Positions 19,528-29,169 are shown, counted from the first letter of the stretch. The stretch: DNA of 64,000 nt from an uncultured virus (IMG/VR IMGVR_UViG_3300007960_000019) (IMGVR_UViG_3300007960_000019); one strand, 5' to 3'. Notes: generated by a model from the sequence alone, not told the origin. Numbers and translations are program-made.

Positions 19528-19862
19528 TGTCGCTCACATCTAAAATCAGAGCAGCTGTAAATAAAGCATTCGCAGCTGTCGATGACTTGGTAGTAATTGC
19601 TTCTCTTTCAACAGAGAAAGTATCCTCTTATGACTTCTCATCTCGTGGTGTTGTTTCTACAACAGGACGTCAGACTGTAGAAGTTATTATTGAATCCACT
19701 CAGAAGCCCTCCGGTGATGGTTTTACTACGACCGCTCTTATGAAGTCAGGTATAGACCTGAGTGTCTATGATACCTTAACTGTTGGAAGTATCCGCTACA
19801 ATATCGTTGACTATACTGATAACGGTTTTATTCTAACTGCTATCCTAGTAAGGGAGAAGTAG
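19527..19862 (+). CDS. head closure/stopper protein
   Basis: Size and synteny only. Confidence 0.55.
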   Translation: MSLTSKIRAAVNKAFAAVDDLVVIASLSTEKVSSYDFSSRGVVSTTGRQTVEVIIESTQKPSGDGFTTTALMKSGIDLSVYDTLTVGSIRYNIVDYTDNGFILTAILVREK

Positions 19863-19863
19863 A

Positions 19864-20265
19864 ATGTATGACTTAGTACTAGAAGATATCGAAGGAGTAT
19901 TTGCTAGCGCACCTTGGACTACTAACGGTATCCTAACTGTACCTAGTAATTATCAAGGTACTAAGAATAATGCTAGAGAATATTGCTTGATGACTGTACT
20001 ACCTTCTTCAGGAAGTGACTACGATTACAGCAGAAACAAATTACTATCTGGAACAGTTGCTATAAAGATTTTCGTACCAGCAGGGAGTGGTCAAGGCCGA
20101 CTAATGGCTATCGCTGACCTGCTAAATTCTGTTCTTGAGAATACTACACTAACAAATAACACAAGGCTTGGGAAATCCTATCTACAAGTAGAAGGATTGG
20201 ACGCTGCTAATAAGTCACTTTACAGCGCATCTTATTTTATCCCATTCACACTATACGGAGAATAA
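19864..20265 (+). CDS. tail terminator-like protein
   Basis: G.V.I.IFVPAG.G...IAD.L pattern; precedes the tail tube gene. Confidence 0.65.
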   Translation: MYDLVLEDIEGVFASAPWTTNGILTVPSNYQGTKNNAREYCLMTVLPSSGSDYDYSRNKLLSGTVAIKIFVPAGSGQGRLMAIADLLNSVLENTTLTNNTRLGKSYLQVEGLDAANKSLYSASYFIPFTLYGE

Positions 20266-20268
20266 ACA

Positions 20269-20805
20269 ATGGCTCACATTTCCGCACTAGGTTCAGGTGT
20301 ATATTCCTACCTAGATATGTACACTGGCACACTCGGCACCTACACTACTGCCGCTGGCTGTGCTGCTGAATTCGTAGGTTCAACACCCGGTACTGCTGAT
20401 GCAGATCATGTTCGTATGCCTTCAGTTCGCGAATTTCCATCAGTCGGTACACCTGCAAATATCGTAAACGTTCCAGTTTATGGTCAACCTACCTCTGCGC
20501 AGGTTCAAGGTCAGGCTGACGCACCATCACTGGAACTCACTGTCAACTATGTTGCAGATGACATGACCGCTATCCACGCCCTAGTTGGCCAGCAGGTCCT
20601 CTTTCGTTTCATGATGGCAGCTTCAGCGGTTACTCAGGATGCAGGTGCTGGCTCAACCCTCGCTGTTGATAATACTGAGTTCTACTTTGTTGGTAAGATC
20701 GAGGCTATCCTTGTCAACCCTTCACTAAGCGATTCTATTACTGCTAACGTTACTCTTTCTACACAGTCAGAGTTCTACGGTCCAGCAACAATCGCTGCGT
20801 CATAA
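20269..20805 (+). CDS. major tail tube protein
   Basis: FPSVGTPANIVNVPVYG...QGQADAPSLELTVNYV; synteny. Confidence 0.75.
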   Translation: MAHISALGSGVYSYLDMYTGTLGTYTTAAGCAAEFVGSTPGTADADHVRMPSVREFPSVGTPANIVNVPVYGQPTSAQVQGQADAPSLELTVNYVADDMTAIHALVGQQVLFRFMMAASAVTQDAGAGSTLAVDNTEFYFVGKIEAILVNPSLSDSITANVTLSTQSEFYGPATIAAS

Positions 20806-20861
20806 CAGCTATATCTACAGGGGGATCTATTCAGGTCCCCCTACCTATCAGAGAGAATCAT

Positions 20862-21101
20862 ATGGATACTAATCCACCATTCAGTAAAACTTATGTGATG
20901 CGAACCACCTTTCGGCATATGCGTCGTAGTGTAGATATTAGCATCCGAAAAACATTCGAGCGATTTAAGGACTTCGATCAAGACTCCGCTACAGGGAAAG
21001 AGATTATTGAAACCCTATCCACCCTGCATACGGTGCGGAAAATGCTTGATGACTTCCAAGCTCATAACCCAAATTTATTTACAGAAAAAGATAAAGAGTA
21101 A
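20862..21101 (+). CDS. hypothetical protein
   Basis: ORF with SD between tail tube and chaperone genes. Confidence 0.5.
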   Translation: MDTNPPFSKTYVMRTTFRHMRRSVDISIRKTFERFKDFDQDSATGKEIIETLSTLHTVRKMLDDFQAHNPNLFTEKDKE

Positions 21102-21113
21102 TCGGAGAATACT

Positions 21114-21410
21114 ATGAAACATCTAGTTGGAAAAGTACAAACCAAGAAGGTCCCATTCATGGGCGATGAAGTGGAGATTCGGAAACTTCCTGTTCACGAC
21201 ATCATGGAGCTTCAGGAAGAAATCAAGAAGTCACAGAAGAAGAATGATCACATGGGTCTCCTGTTCCATGTTCTAAAAGTATCAGTAATTGGTGCAGATG
21301 AACTAACTAAAGAGGAATTTGAGACCTTTCCACCCTCAGATCTAAATGAGCTAGCAGAAGCTGTTCTAGAATACTGCGGTCTGTCAGATAAGAGTGCAGC
21401 GGGAAACTAA
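21114..21410 (+). CDS. tail assembly chaperone (gpG-like)
   Basis: Lies between tail tube and tape measure; ends in slippery G GGA AAC TAA. Confidence 0.75.
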   Translation: MKHLVGKVQTKKVPFMGDEVEIRKLPVHDIMELQEEIKKSQKKNDHMGLLFHVLKVSVIGADELTKEEFETFPPSDLNELAEAVLEYCGLSDKSAAGN

Positions 21411-21751
21411 CTGAGCAGGATGAAACGATCTATGAGATCGCTTATCATCTTGGTATGCCTGTTTACAAGATAATGACGGAAATGCCATATGACGAGTTAA
21501 AGAATTGGTCGGAGTTTTTTAGAAGGAGACCACCCGGTTTCCGAGAGGACTACCGGACTCTCCTTATTATGAAAACCTTCGGGTTTAAAGGAAAAGGAAG
21601 AGATGTCTTTCCGTCTATTAAGGTTGTTGAAGATCAAGAATCCGCTAAACAACAAGCGGGGGTTGTTCTACCCAAGGGTAAATTCCTCGAACATATGATC
21701 AATGCAGTAGGCGGTGATGACTCGGGTTGGAAACCAAACTGGAGAAAATGA
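21401..21751 (+). CDS. tail assembly chaperone extension (gpGT-like), made by -1 frameshift at GGGAAAC 21401-21407
   Basis: The -1 frame is open from the slippery site (GKLTEQDETIYEIAYHLGMPV...) into ORF 21455-21751, as in lambda G/GT. Confidence 0.8.
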   Translation, partial: GKLTEQDETIYEIAYHLGMPVYKIMTEMPYDELKNWSEFFRRRPPGFREDYRTLLIMKTFGFKGKGRDVFPSIKVVEDQESAKQQAGVVLPKGKFLEHMINAVGGDDSGWKPNWRK

Positions 21752-22065
21752 TGGCAGAACTAGTATCTTTAGATGTAGTCAACTTCAAACAAGAACTAGC
21801 CCGTATTGAAAAGGAAGCTATTGAGCTTGCCAACAGTGATATTGAGTTACAAGCTGAGTACGCCACTAATCAACTCCGAGTAGTAACACCTGTAGACACT
21901 GGTGAAGCTCGAAGTGGGTGGGAGCTTGAGAAGTATGGCAACAACTTAACTATCGTCAACGATGTAGAGCACGTCGTATATCTTAATAATGGTCACAGTA
22001 AGCAGGCACCTAAGTACTTTATTGAACAAGTCCTGCAGACAATTGGTCTTATTACCCCTAAATAA
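21748..22065 (+). CDS. HK97 gp10-like tail completion protein
   Basis: TPVDTGEARSGW and N.V..V.YLN.GHSKQAP..F motifs. Confidence 0.8.
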   Translation: MMAELVSLDVVNFKQELARIEKEAIELANSDIELQAEYATNQLRVVTPVDTGEARSGWELEKYGNNLTIVNDVEHVVYLNNGHSKQAPKYFIEQVLQTIGLITPK

Positions 22066-22072
22066 TAAAGCA

Positions 22073-22124
22073 AGCCCCCTGATGGCCCTCATTATCCGAG
22101 GTTTAGCTATTAGGGGGCTTTTTT
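22073..22124 (+). terminator. intrinsic terminator
   Basis: AGCCCCCT...AGGGGGCT stem followed by a T-run. Confidence 0.6.
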
Positions 22125-22139
22125 AATTTTGGAGGTAAC

Positions 22140-25100
22140 ATGCAAAAAGGTGTTGAAATCCGGGTACGTGCAGACACGTCCCAAGCAAAGAAACAAATCA
22201 AGAGCCTAGAACAATCTGTTGCTGGGCTTGAATCGACTGCCAGTAAGGTTGCAGGGGCTTTTAAGGCACTAGCTGTTACTATCACAGGTTTGCAAATTGG
22301 TAAGAAACTATCAGGAGCATCTGACACCTTACTAGAGATGGAGAACCGTCTAGCCCTTGTTGTTGGTCGGGGTAAGGAACTCTCTTCTACTCTTGAGCGG
22401 ATGTACAGGGTGGCAGAGAGGACGCGACAGCCTGTAAAAGTTGTAACTGATACTTTTAACAGGTTAGGTCTTGCACTAGATGGTACGGGCAGAAGCACAA
22501 AGCAACTACTAATTGCAACAGAAGCTATCCAACAAGCGGCTCAAATCTCTGGTGCATCCGCAACTACTGCTGAACAAGCTATCATCCAGCTTGGTCAGGG
22601 TCTAGCTTCAGGCCAACTACGTGGCGAAGAACTCAACTCGGTACTTGAAGGTATGCCACGACTTGCGCGAGCTATCGCCGAAGGTATGGGCGTTCCCTTT
22701 GGGAAACTAAGGGAGCTTGCAAAGGACGGAAAGCTAGAGGCTGAAACTATCTTCGAGGCTATCCTCTCTCAGTCTGAAAAACTTGCATTTGAGTTCTCTA
22801 CTCTTGAAGCCACTACACGTAGTTTAGCAATTGTATTTGGTGGGGAGTTCACCAGAGCACTAAGTATTCTAGACAAAGAGCTAGGCTTTGGTAAGAATAT
22901 GAGGGAACAACTCTTTATAGGTATTGAGGCCCTAAAGGTATTTAACGCTAACTTCTCTATTTGGGTTTCACTACTCAAGGCGAATATTACATTAGCTCTA
23001 AATGATCTTACCTTCTTTAAACTCCGTATGCGTGAGATTTTAGCTAGTATCTTTACTAAAGAAGGTATTAATACAGAAGCATTTGTAGACGAGCTTTTTG
23101 TTAACCCGTTTAATTCCGTAAAGGCTAAAATCGAAGAAGTATGGTCTGGTATTAACCTACCATCACTAGATCTTGCTTCAAAGATCCCCACATTTGAGTC
23201 TATTAGCTCAAATCTGATTAGTCTTAAAGACGGTGTTATCGGTGTATTCAAGGAGATCTGGGACAGGATTACAGGGCAATCTCTTTGGACTGGTATCTTT
23301 GATCCTGCTCACATGGAACCCGGCCAAACCCTCGCTGTCGGCTCCTCTCTAACTAAATACTTCGAAACACCTCTTAGAAATCTAGAGACTTTCAAGAATA
23401 GCATCATCGCTAAATTTAAAGAGATCAATAAAGACGCAACCGTGGCTTGGGAGAAGATTTGGACCGGGCTAACAACAAAAACTATCTCGACAGAGACAGG
23501 CCCAGAGGCCGTTGATACTGCCTTCGGACGTAGCATTGATTTAGCTAGTGATCAGCTAGAACGCGCCAAGAACGAACTTAAGAAAGTCTATGAGGATATT
23601 CTTACCGACACCATCGAGACACCCCGTGGTCCAAGGGTCGTTGATTCAGCTCTAGTAAAAACGCTAAAGGACATTCGTGACTACAGTGGGCAAATATCCG
23701 AAACGACACTATCAGGTCTTGCCGCTGCAATTAATGCCTTAGCTAATGCACCTGCTATCAAACTAGGTACTATCCTACTATCATCAGCCTTCACTAAAAC
23801 TAAAGAAAGTATTCTAAGTTTCGGCGCAGATATAGAAGAGTTCAAAACTAGTATCTCTAATTGGTTTAAGGAAAACGAAGCTGCGATCAGTGCATCTATC
23901 TCAATCGCCTTAGCTGCTGCTATTAAGTTTGGTGCTAAGAAGACCCTAATTGTCGGGGCGATCCTCGGGCTATTTAGCTTTAACGCGGATGAGGTTTTAA
24001 ATGATGAAGAGCTACAAGCTTCCTTAGAAAACCTAGGCGCTGGTTATGTGCAACTACTTAAAAGCGTATTCACTACTGACCCCGGAAGTACTCTCATGGA
24101 AGGGCTTAGAGATACTCTAGCAGCCTTTGGCAGAGGTATTAATAAAGAGATCTTTGGCGAAAACTTCACAACAGACACTCAAGATGCACTCGCTGGGGCG
24201 ATTGGAGCAATTACGGTTGCTGCTGTCCTGACTACTGGTGCGCGGGAAGCTCTAAAAGCTCTAGGTGTAGCGATTGCAAAGGTAATTATGGGTACAACCA
24301 TAGCTACAGAGCTTGCAGCTGGCTTGGCAATCGGTTTGGCTTCTATGAAGATGGCTCCGAATTCTTTACTAGGGACAGCGGCAGGAAATGTTGGTATCGC
24401 CCTTGGTCAGCTAATAGGGAAGTCGGCAGGGGCAGCAGCAACAGGTTTAGTTGTAGGGGTTGCTGTCGATATTATTGTACCTGATGAAGCATTCAATGGC
24501 CTCGGTGGAGCAATTGATAACGTAATCGGAGGTGCGGCCTTTGGTGCCCAACTAGGTGCCGCATTTGGACCTTATGGGGTAGCTGGAGGGGCGATCGCAG
24601 GTGGGCTAGCTGGTGCTATTTATGCGGCTGTAACAGACCCTAAAGTTGCTTCTGGTTTTAAGCAGATCTTCAGGGGGCTAAGAGAAGCCCTATACACGTT
24701 GCTTAACACAGTAGGCGTTGTATCCGATAAGACTCTTATAGAGACTCGTATCTCTGATAAAGCGGCAGATATCACAGTCCTAGAGTCGCAAATCACTCAA
24801 GCTCAACAGGAAGGTTCTGGTGCTGGACCTGTAGAAATAGCTAAGCTGAAGAATGCTAGGTTTGATCTAGAGAAGGAATTATTCCTGCTTAGTGAGAGTC
24901 TAAAAGAGCTTAATAATGCTGAGTATGTCGCACTCGCTGCAGAGGCCGCTGAAAAACAAAAAGCAGCTAATGATTTTATTGATCGTTTTATAACGGGATC
25001 TAAGGAACTTGTTGAAGGTATAGAAACACAGGACGAAGCACTCCTTGCAATTTTTGAAATCCAAAACGATATTAACAGTATTCTCCGACAGGTGGAAAGT

Positions 25101-26282
25101 GGCACCCGGACACTAGATGCACAACAATTAGCCTTTCTTAGATCTCTAAAAGAGTTAACCGATGGAATTGAAACCCAAACTGACAAATTGGCTAACCTAG
25201 GCCAAATCACAAGCAAACTTAATGATGGTGTTTATCCTACTGAAAACTTCACTGCGAGAGTTACTGCCCAAGCCTCCGGTGGCTATATATCAGGACCCGG
25301 TGGTCCCACTGAAGACCTGATCCCAGCGATGCTTTCCAATGGTGAGTATGTTATTAAGGCTTCTTCTGTCAAAAAGTTCGGGTCAGGTTTCCTTGACAAG
25401 ATCAACAGTGGGATAATGCCACAATTCTTTTCCCCAGGTGGTCTAGTATCTCCCTATGATGAGAGTCTTAAGCAACTGAAGCGTGACTTGAGGGGGTTGG
25501 AGGATCTAGGGGCTACCGAAAGAGTTGCCGCTACAATCGCTCAGATTTCTGCACTAGAATCTGCCCGTGCAAACTGGTTCGAGCAACAAGATACTGATGT
25601 GGAGCTTGAAGACCCTTCTGCCGGGACAGTCAGTGATGGAAAATCTAAAAAATCTGGAAAGACTGCCGCAGAGAGCTTCTATGAAAACTTCAAGAGCGGG
25701 TTTAGTAGTAGCCTGTCACAGTTCCTAAAGGATGGTGATCTGAAGGGATTTATCACTGGAATTCTAGACAGCTTCACCAGTAACATCATAGACTCCTTCG
25801 TTGATGGATTCACCAAGAGCCTCTTTGGGGAGGGTAAACTCCTAAAAGATCTTTTCTCCAAGACAGCTTCTTTTGGTGAAAGCATAGCAAAGACAGCAAC
25901 AAGCGGGAGTTCACAAGGTATGCAAGGTTTCTTATCCTTTCTCCTAGGTTCCGGTGGACAAGGTGGGCTATTCAGTTCAATCTTTGGCATGTCCTTCGGG
26001 TCTTGGCTTGGCTTCTCCTCTGGTGGTATCGTGCCAATGACACCTTATGCACAAGCTGGTAAGGACTCAGTTCCCGCTATGCTAACACCGGGCGAGATGG
26101 TTGTACCTGCAAATCAGATTAACAAGTTTATGAATGGATCTACTGCCACACAGCAGCAGGTTTATAACATCAACATCACAGGCGATATCTCCCGGCAGAC
26201 CCGTGCCGAGATTGTTAAGATGATTCCTCAAATCACTACAGGTGTTAACTCTTACAACTACGAGCAAAACTACCGTCGATAA
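22140..26282 (+). CDS. tail tape measure protein
   Basis: QLGQGLASGQLRGEELNSVLEGMP tape-measure motif, helical G/A-rich body, two GG...D.IPAML..GE.V motifs. Confidence 0.92.
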   Translation: MQKGVEIRVRADTSQAKKQIKSLEQSVAGLESTASKVAGAFKALAVTITGLQIGKKLSGASDTLLEMENRLALVVGRGKELSSTLERMYRVAERTRQPVKVVTDTFNRLGLALDGTGRSTKQLLIATEAIQQAAQISGASATTAEQAIIQLGQGLASGQLRGEELNSVLEGMPRLARAIAEGMGVPFGKLRELAKDGKLEAETIFEAILSQSEKLAFEFSTLEATTRSLAIVFGGEFTRALSILDKELGFGKNMREQLFIGIEALKVFNANFSIWVSLLKANITLALNDLTFFKLRMREILASIFTKEGINTEAFVDELFVNPFNSVKAKIEEVWSGINLPSLDLASKIPTFESISSNLISLKDGVIGVFKEIWDRITGQSLWTGIFDPAHMEPGQTLAVGSSLTKYFETPLRNLETFKNSIIAKFKEINKDATVAWEKIWTGLTTKTISTETGPEAVDTAFGRSIDLASDQLERAKNELKKVYEDILTDTIETPRGPRVVDSALVKTLKDIRDYSGQISETTLSGLAAAINALANAPAIKLGTILLSSAFTKTKESILSFGADIEEFKTSISNWFKENEAAISASISIALAAAIKFGAKKTLIVGAILGLFSFNADEVLNDEELQASLENLGAGYVQLLKSVFTTDPGSTLMEGLRDTLAAFGRGINKEIFGENFTTDTQDALAGAIGAITVAAVLTTGAREALKALGVAIAKVIMGTTIATELAAGLAIGLASMKMAPNSLLGTAAGNVGIALGQLIGKSAGAAATGLVVGVAVDIIVPDEAFNGLGGAIDNVIGGAAFGAQLGAAFGPYGVAGGAIAGGLAGAIYAAVTDPKVASGFKQIFRGLREALYTLLNTVGVVSDKTLIETRISDKAADITVLESQITQAQQEGSGAGPVEIAKLKNARFDLEKELFLLSESLKELNNAEYVALAAEAAEKQKAANDFIDRFITGSKELVEGIETQDEALLAIFEIQNDINSILRQVESGTRTLDAQQLAFLRSLKELTDGIETQTDKLANLGQITSKLNDGVYPTENFTARVTAQASGGYISGPGGPTEDLIPAMLSNGEYVIKASSVKKFGSGFLDKINSGIMPQFFSPGGLVSPYDESLKQLKRDLRGLEDLGATERVAATIAQISALESARANWFEQQDTDVELEDPSAGTVSDGKSKKSGKTAAESFYENFKSGFSSSLSQFLKDGDLKGFITGILDSFTSNIIDSFVDGFTKSLFGEGKLLKDLFSKTASFGESIAKTATSGSSQGMQGFLSFLLGSGGQGGLFSSIFGMSFGSWLGFSSGGIVPMTPYAQAGKDSVPAMLTPGEMVVPANQINKFMNGSTATQQQVYNINITGDISRQTRAEIVKMIPQITTGVNSYNYEQNYRR

Positions 26283-26303
26283 AATTGTACGGGCTTTGTA
26301 ATC

Positions 26304-26326
26304 GAGAAATTGGAGCATCTATAATG
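26304..26326 (+). promoter_or_regulatory. candidate early promoter, class B copy 1
   Basis: GAGAAATTGGAGCATCTATAATG; shares GCATCTATAATG with 26697-26708. Confidence 0.4.
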
Positions 26327-26629
26327 GAGAAATGGAAAAAGCTCTTTATTCATAAAAATGGTAAGTTATACTGGAAAGCTGCCCGTGGCCGACAAGCTGC
26401 GGGTGGCGAAGCTGGTACTAACCACGGTGATGGGTACAAGACAGTCCGCATCAACGGGAAAGCTCACTACGTACACCGGATTATCAAGGAAATATCCACT
26501 GGTAAAAAGGTACGCGGTGAGGTAGACCACAAGGACCGCAAGCGGTCTAACAACAAACCGAGTAACTTGAAGAAAGCTACTCGATCACAAAACAATAAGA
26601 ACCGCAAATCATGGAAGCGGTCAAAATGA
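26324..26629 (+). CDS. HNH endonuclease (HNH_3-like)
   Basis: YVHRII...VDHKDRKRSNNKPSNL...T.SQN..N. Confidence 0.85.
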   Translation: MEKWKKLFIHKNGKLYWKAARGRQAAGGEAGTNHGDGYKTVRINGKAHYVHRIIKEISTGKKVRGEVDHKDRKRSNNKPSNLKKATRSQNNKNRKSWKRSK

Positions 26630-26634
26630 CAACT

Positions 26635-26662
26635 GGGATTCCCTTCGGGGAGTCCCTTTTTT
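26635..26662 (+). terminator. intrinsic terminator with UUCG tetraloop
   Basis: GGGATTCCC-TTCG-GGGAGTCCC followed by TTTTTT. Confidence 0.85.
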
Positions 26663-26684
26663 ATCAAAAATGGATCAAAAAAGT

Positions 26685-26708
26685 GAGAAAATTAAGGCAT
26701 CTATAATG
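26685..26708 (+). promoter_or_regulatory. candidate early promoter, class B copy 2
   Basis: GAGAAAATTAAGGCATCTATAATG just after a terminator and ~37 nt before an SD-led ATG (26745); no recognisable -35 box. Confidence 0.45.
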
Positions 26709-26744
26709 ATACAACAGTATCAGTCAGCAACAATGGAGTTTCCC

Positions 26745-26930
26745 ATGCTGGACAAGGTTCGTTCGTTCTTCTACAACAATATCGGGATACACTTTGATGG
26801 TGTATTCTGGTATAATCTTGTTGTAGAGTCTGATGAAGCTTATGACAAGCTCTTAGCCGACTATGATGCTCTTGAAAAAGAGTACCTAGAGGTTAAGGCA
26901 CAACTGATCAGGCTTCTGTCTGAGCAGTGA
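26745..26930 (+). CDS. small early hypothetical protein
   Basis: GGAG SD before ATG 26745. Confidence 0.5.
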   Translation: MLDKVRSFFYNNIGIHFDGVFWYNLVVESDEAYDKLLADYDALEKEYLEVKAQLIRLLSEQ

Positions 26931-27000
26931 ACTACTATTACCTCCGCCCTTCGGGGCGGGGGCTAAGAATTTAACTTTTTTTTTCGCTAGAAAGGAGTCC

Positions 27001-27339
27001 GTGATGGAACAAGTACTTGTCAGGTACTACAGGGGTTGCTCCCTCAAAGAAGCTGTCGACCTTAAAATTGCCATTGATGATGGTAACTTTAAGGCTCGGC
27101 GTTCTCATACTTGGTGGACTGACTCTTTCGAGAAAGCCGCCATGTATGCTCGCCGACATGGTAATGGTGCTGTGGTGGTGGTTGAAATGGATGAACAGCC
27201 GAAGGGCATTCAGAACTATTTCAGCGTTGGCCTCGGCGATTCCGCTGCGACCACTATTCGCCAGTGGAAACTTCCCACTGACTACTTCGTCGGAACTTTT
27301 AGTTGCACTGCCGAAGAAGTGAAGATCGAAGTAGTGTGA
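27001..27339 (+). CDS. small protein with ADP-ribosyltransferase-like motif spacing
   Basis: YYRG ... WWTDS...AAMYA ... GAVVVVE; SD AAGGAG. Confidence 0.4.
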   Translation: MMEQVLVRYYRGCSLKEAVDLKIAIDDGNFKARRSHTWWTDSFEKAAMYARRHGNGAVVVVEMDEQPKGIQNYFSVGLGDSAATTIRQWKLPTDYFVGTFSCTAEEVKIEVV

Positions 27340-27419
27340 GAGATACCCCACCCCTTCGGGGGTTGGGGTTCCTCTAAGCCCTATTTTTTTCGTAGCATCA
27401 CAAAGTAAAGGACACTCTA

Positions 27420-28058
27420 ATGGAAAACCTTAAGGCTACACTTGAAGCTCATATTAAATGGTTAAACGGTGAAGAAGGTGGTGAGAGGGCTAACCTCACT
27501 GGGGCTGACCTCTCTGGAGCTGACCTCTTCGAGGCTAACCTCTGTTTGGCTAACCTCGCTGAGGCTAACCTCGCTGGGGCTGACCTCTCTGTGGCTGAAC
27601 TCTTCGGGGCTTCCCTCCGTGATGCTAACCTCACTGGAGCTGACCTCTCTGGTGCTAACCTCCGCCGGGCTAAACTCACTGGGGCTAAACTCACTGGGGC
27701 TGACCTCTTCGAGGCTAACCTCCGTTTGGCTTCCCTCACTGGGGCTAACCTCGTTGGGGCTGACCTCCGCCGGGCTGACCTCTCTGGGGCTAACCTCACT
27801 GGGGCTGACCTATGTGGGGCTTACCTACATGGGGCTTACCTACGTGGGGCTGACCTCACTGGGTCTAACTTCTTTGAGGCTAGCCTCTTTGAGGTTAACC
27901 TCCGTGAAGCTAACCTCCGTGAGGCTGACCTCACTGAGGCTGACCTCCGTTGGGCTGACCTACGGGGGGCTTCCCTCACTAGGGCTGACCTCTCTGGGGC
28001 TGACCTCCGTTGGACTAACCTCACTGGGGCTGACCTTAATGGGGTTAAAAATGAATAA
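27420..28058 (+). CDS. pentapeptide repeat protein
   Basis: About 37 tandem A(D/N)LxG-type repeats after the N-terminal LEAHIKWL.GE.GGERANL; 15-bp periodicity in the DNA. Confidence 0.95.
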   Translation: MENLKATLEAHIKWLNGEEGGERANLTGADLSGADLFEANLCLANLAEANLAGADLSVAELFGASLRDANLTGADLSGANLRRAKLTGAKLTGADLFEANLRLASLTGANLVGADLRRADLSGANLTGADLCGAYLHGAYLRGADLTGSNFFEASLFEVNLREANLREADLTEADLRWADLRGASLTRADLSGADLRWTNLTGADLNGVKNE

Positions 28059-28069
28059 AGGATTATGCT

Positions 28070-28300
28070 ATGATCTGGTCTTTTACTCTCGGGTTTACAA
28101 TAAGGGTGCTTATAATAGTTTTGACAGCAGCTGTACTGGGAAAAAAACTAGGGACACCACACCCGATATTCGGGCTAGCTGCCGTCTACTATTTCTATAC
28201 TAAAGAGGGGTCTACAGACCCTATGTTCATGCTGGGGTTTATGATTGTTGACTTCCTCCCTCTGCTAGCTAGTCGGGGAGGAAAAGAAAAGAGTAGATAA
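28070..28300 (+). CDS. small membrane protein
   Basis: Hydrophobic ORF with SD AAGGA. Confidence 0.45.
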   Translation: MIWSFTLGFTIRVLIIVLTAAVLGKKLGTPHPIFGLAAVYYFYTKEGSTDPMFMLGFMIVDFLPLLASRGGKEKSR

Positions 28301-28750
28301 GAACTTCACCCATATGCTAACGAAAAGAGGAATATACGATGTACGACTACGATGTTTTCGTGGAGTTTATGATGTCTTGGAAACACTATGAGACTACTGA
28401 TTTTGTAGATCCCTTTTTCTGTGTAGATGGGGAATACTGTAATAGTGGTCTAGAAATTATCTACTAAGAATGACACTAGAACCAATATAGCTGTGTCTGA
28501 CTTTAGTAAAGATTGCTTTTGGTACCAACCCAGTAATATTGTCGAATGACATAGAAAGGAAATAAGAGAATGGCAAAGAAAGACCTAACCTTCGCCTCAT
28601 TGGTTGAACAAATTGATGCCAAATGGGGACACACCTATCTGGACCCCGGTGAGGATCTTCTTGCTGTAGAAATCAATGAGATTTTCGACAGCCTTGAAGA
28701 TATGATCAATACTGAGCAAGACAACTGATCTTACATAAGGACAAAACAAA

Positions 28751-28978
28751 ATGCGTAACCACAAACTCGCTGACGATTACTTTCCCTCCAGCTACACCCT
28801 CAAAGAAGGTTCTCCTTACCGGCATATTGACAACCGTGATCGCGTAGTTGCAGCCTCTTTGGTTGTGAACAAAACATTCACGATCAAGGAAACAGCTTAC
28901 CGCTACGGCTGTTGTGAAAACACTATCCGCAATTGGATCAAAACACTGGACAACAACAATCCACACATGGACGGTTAA
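28751..28978 (+). CDS. small helix-turn-helix protein
   Basis: TIKETAYRYGCCENTIRNWIK HTH pattern. Confidence 0.7.
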   Translation: MRNHKLADDYFPSSYTLKEGSPYRHIDNRDRVVAASLVVNKTFTIKETAYRYGCCENTIRNWIKTLDNNNPHMDG

Positions 28979-29169
28979 GAACATATTAGATTGTCGCCCC
29001 CGCCCTTCGGGGCGGGGTTACTTATCCTTCCTATTTTTTTTTAAAGGAGTTAACATGATGACAATATACCTCTTGGCGCTGCTAATCGCAACGCTAAAGG
29101 GCTAAGTTTGTCATCACTCAAACCTCACAAAGGAATACATACGTATACTGTCCGCAAGAGGAGTGATAA

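Noticed and set aside
27449..28203. Alternative-frame ORFs over the pentapeptide gene (LTSLG repeats on +, RSAP repeats on -)
   Set aside because: Shadow frames produced by the stop-free 15-bp repeat; the A(D/N)LxG frame has the SD and the family N-terminus.
26941..29010. CCCTTCGGGG hairpins as N4-type template-strand GAA-triloop virion RNAP promoters
   Set aside because: The stems pair best around a 4-nt TTCG loop (RNA UUCG tetraloop), not a 3-nt loop, so RNA hairpins are more likely.
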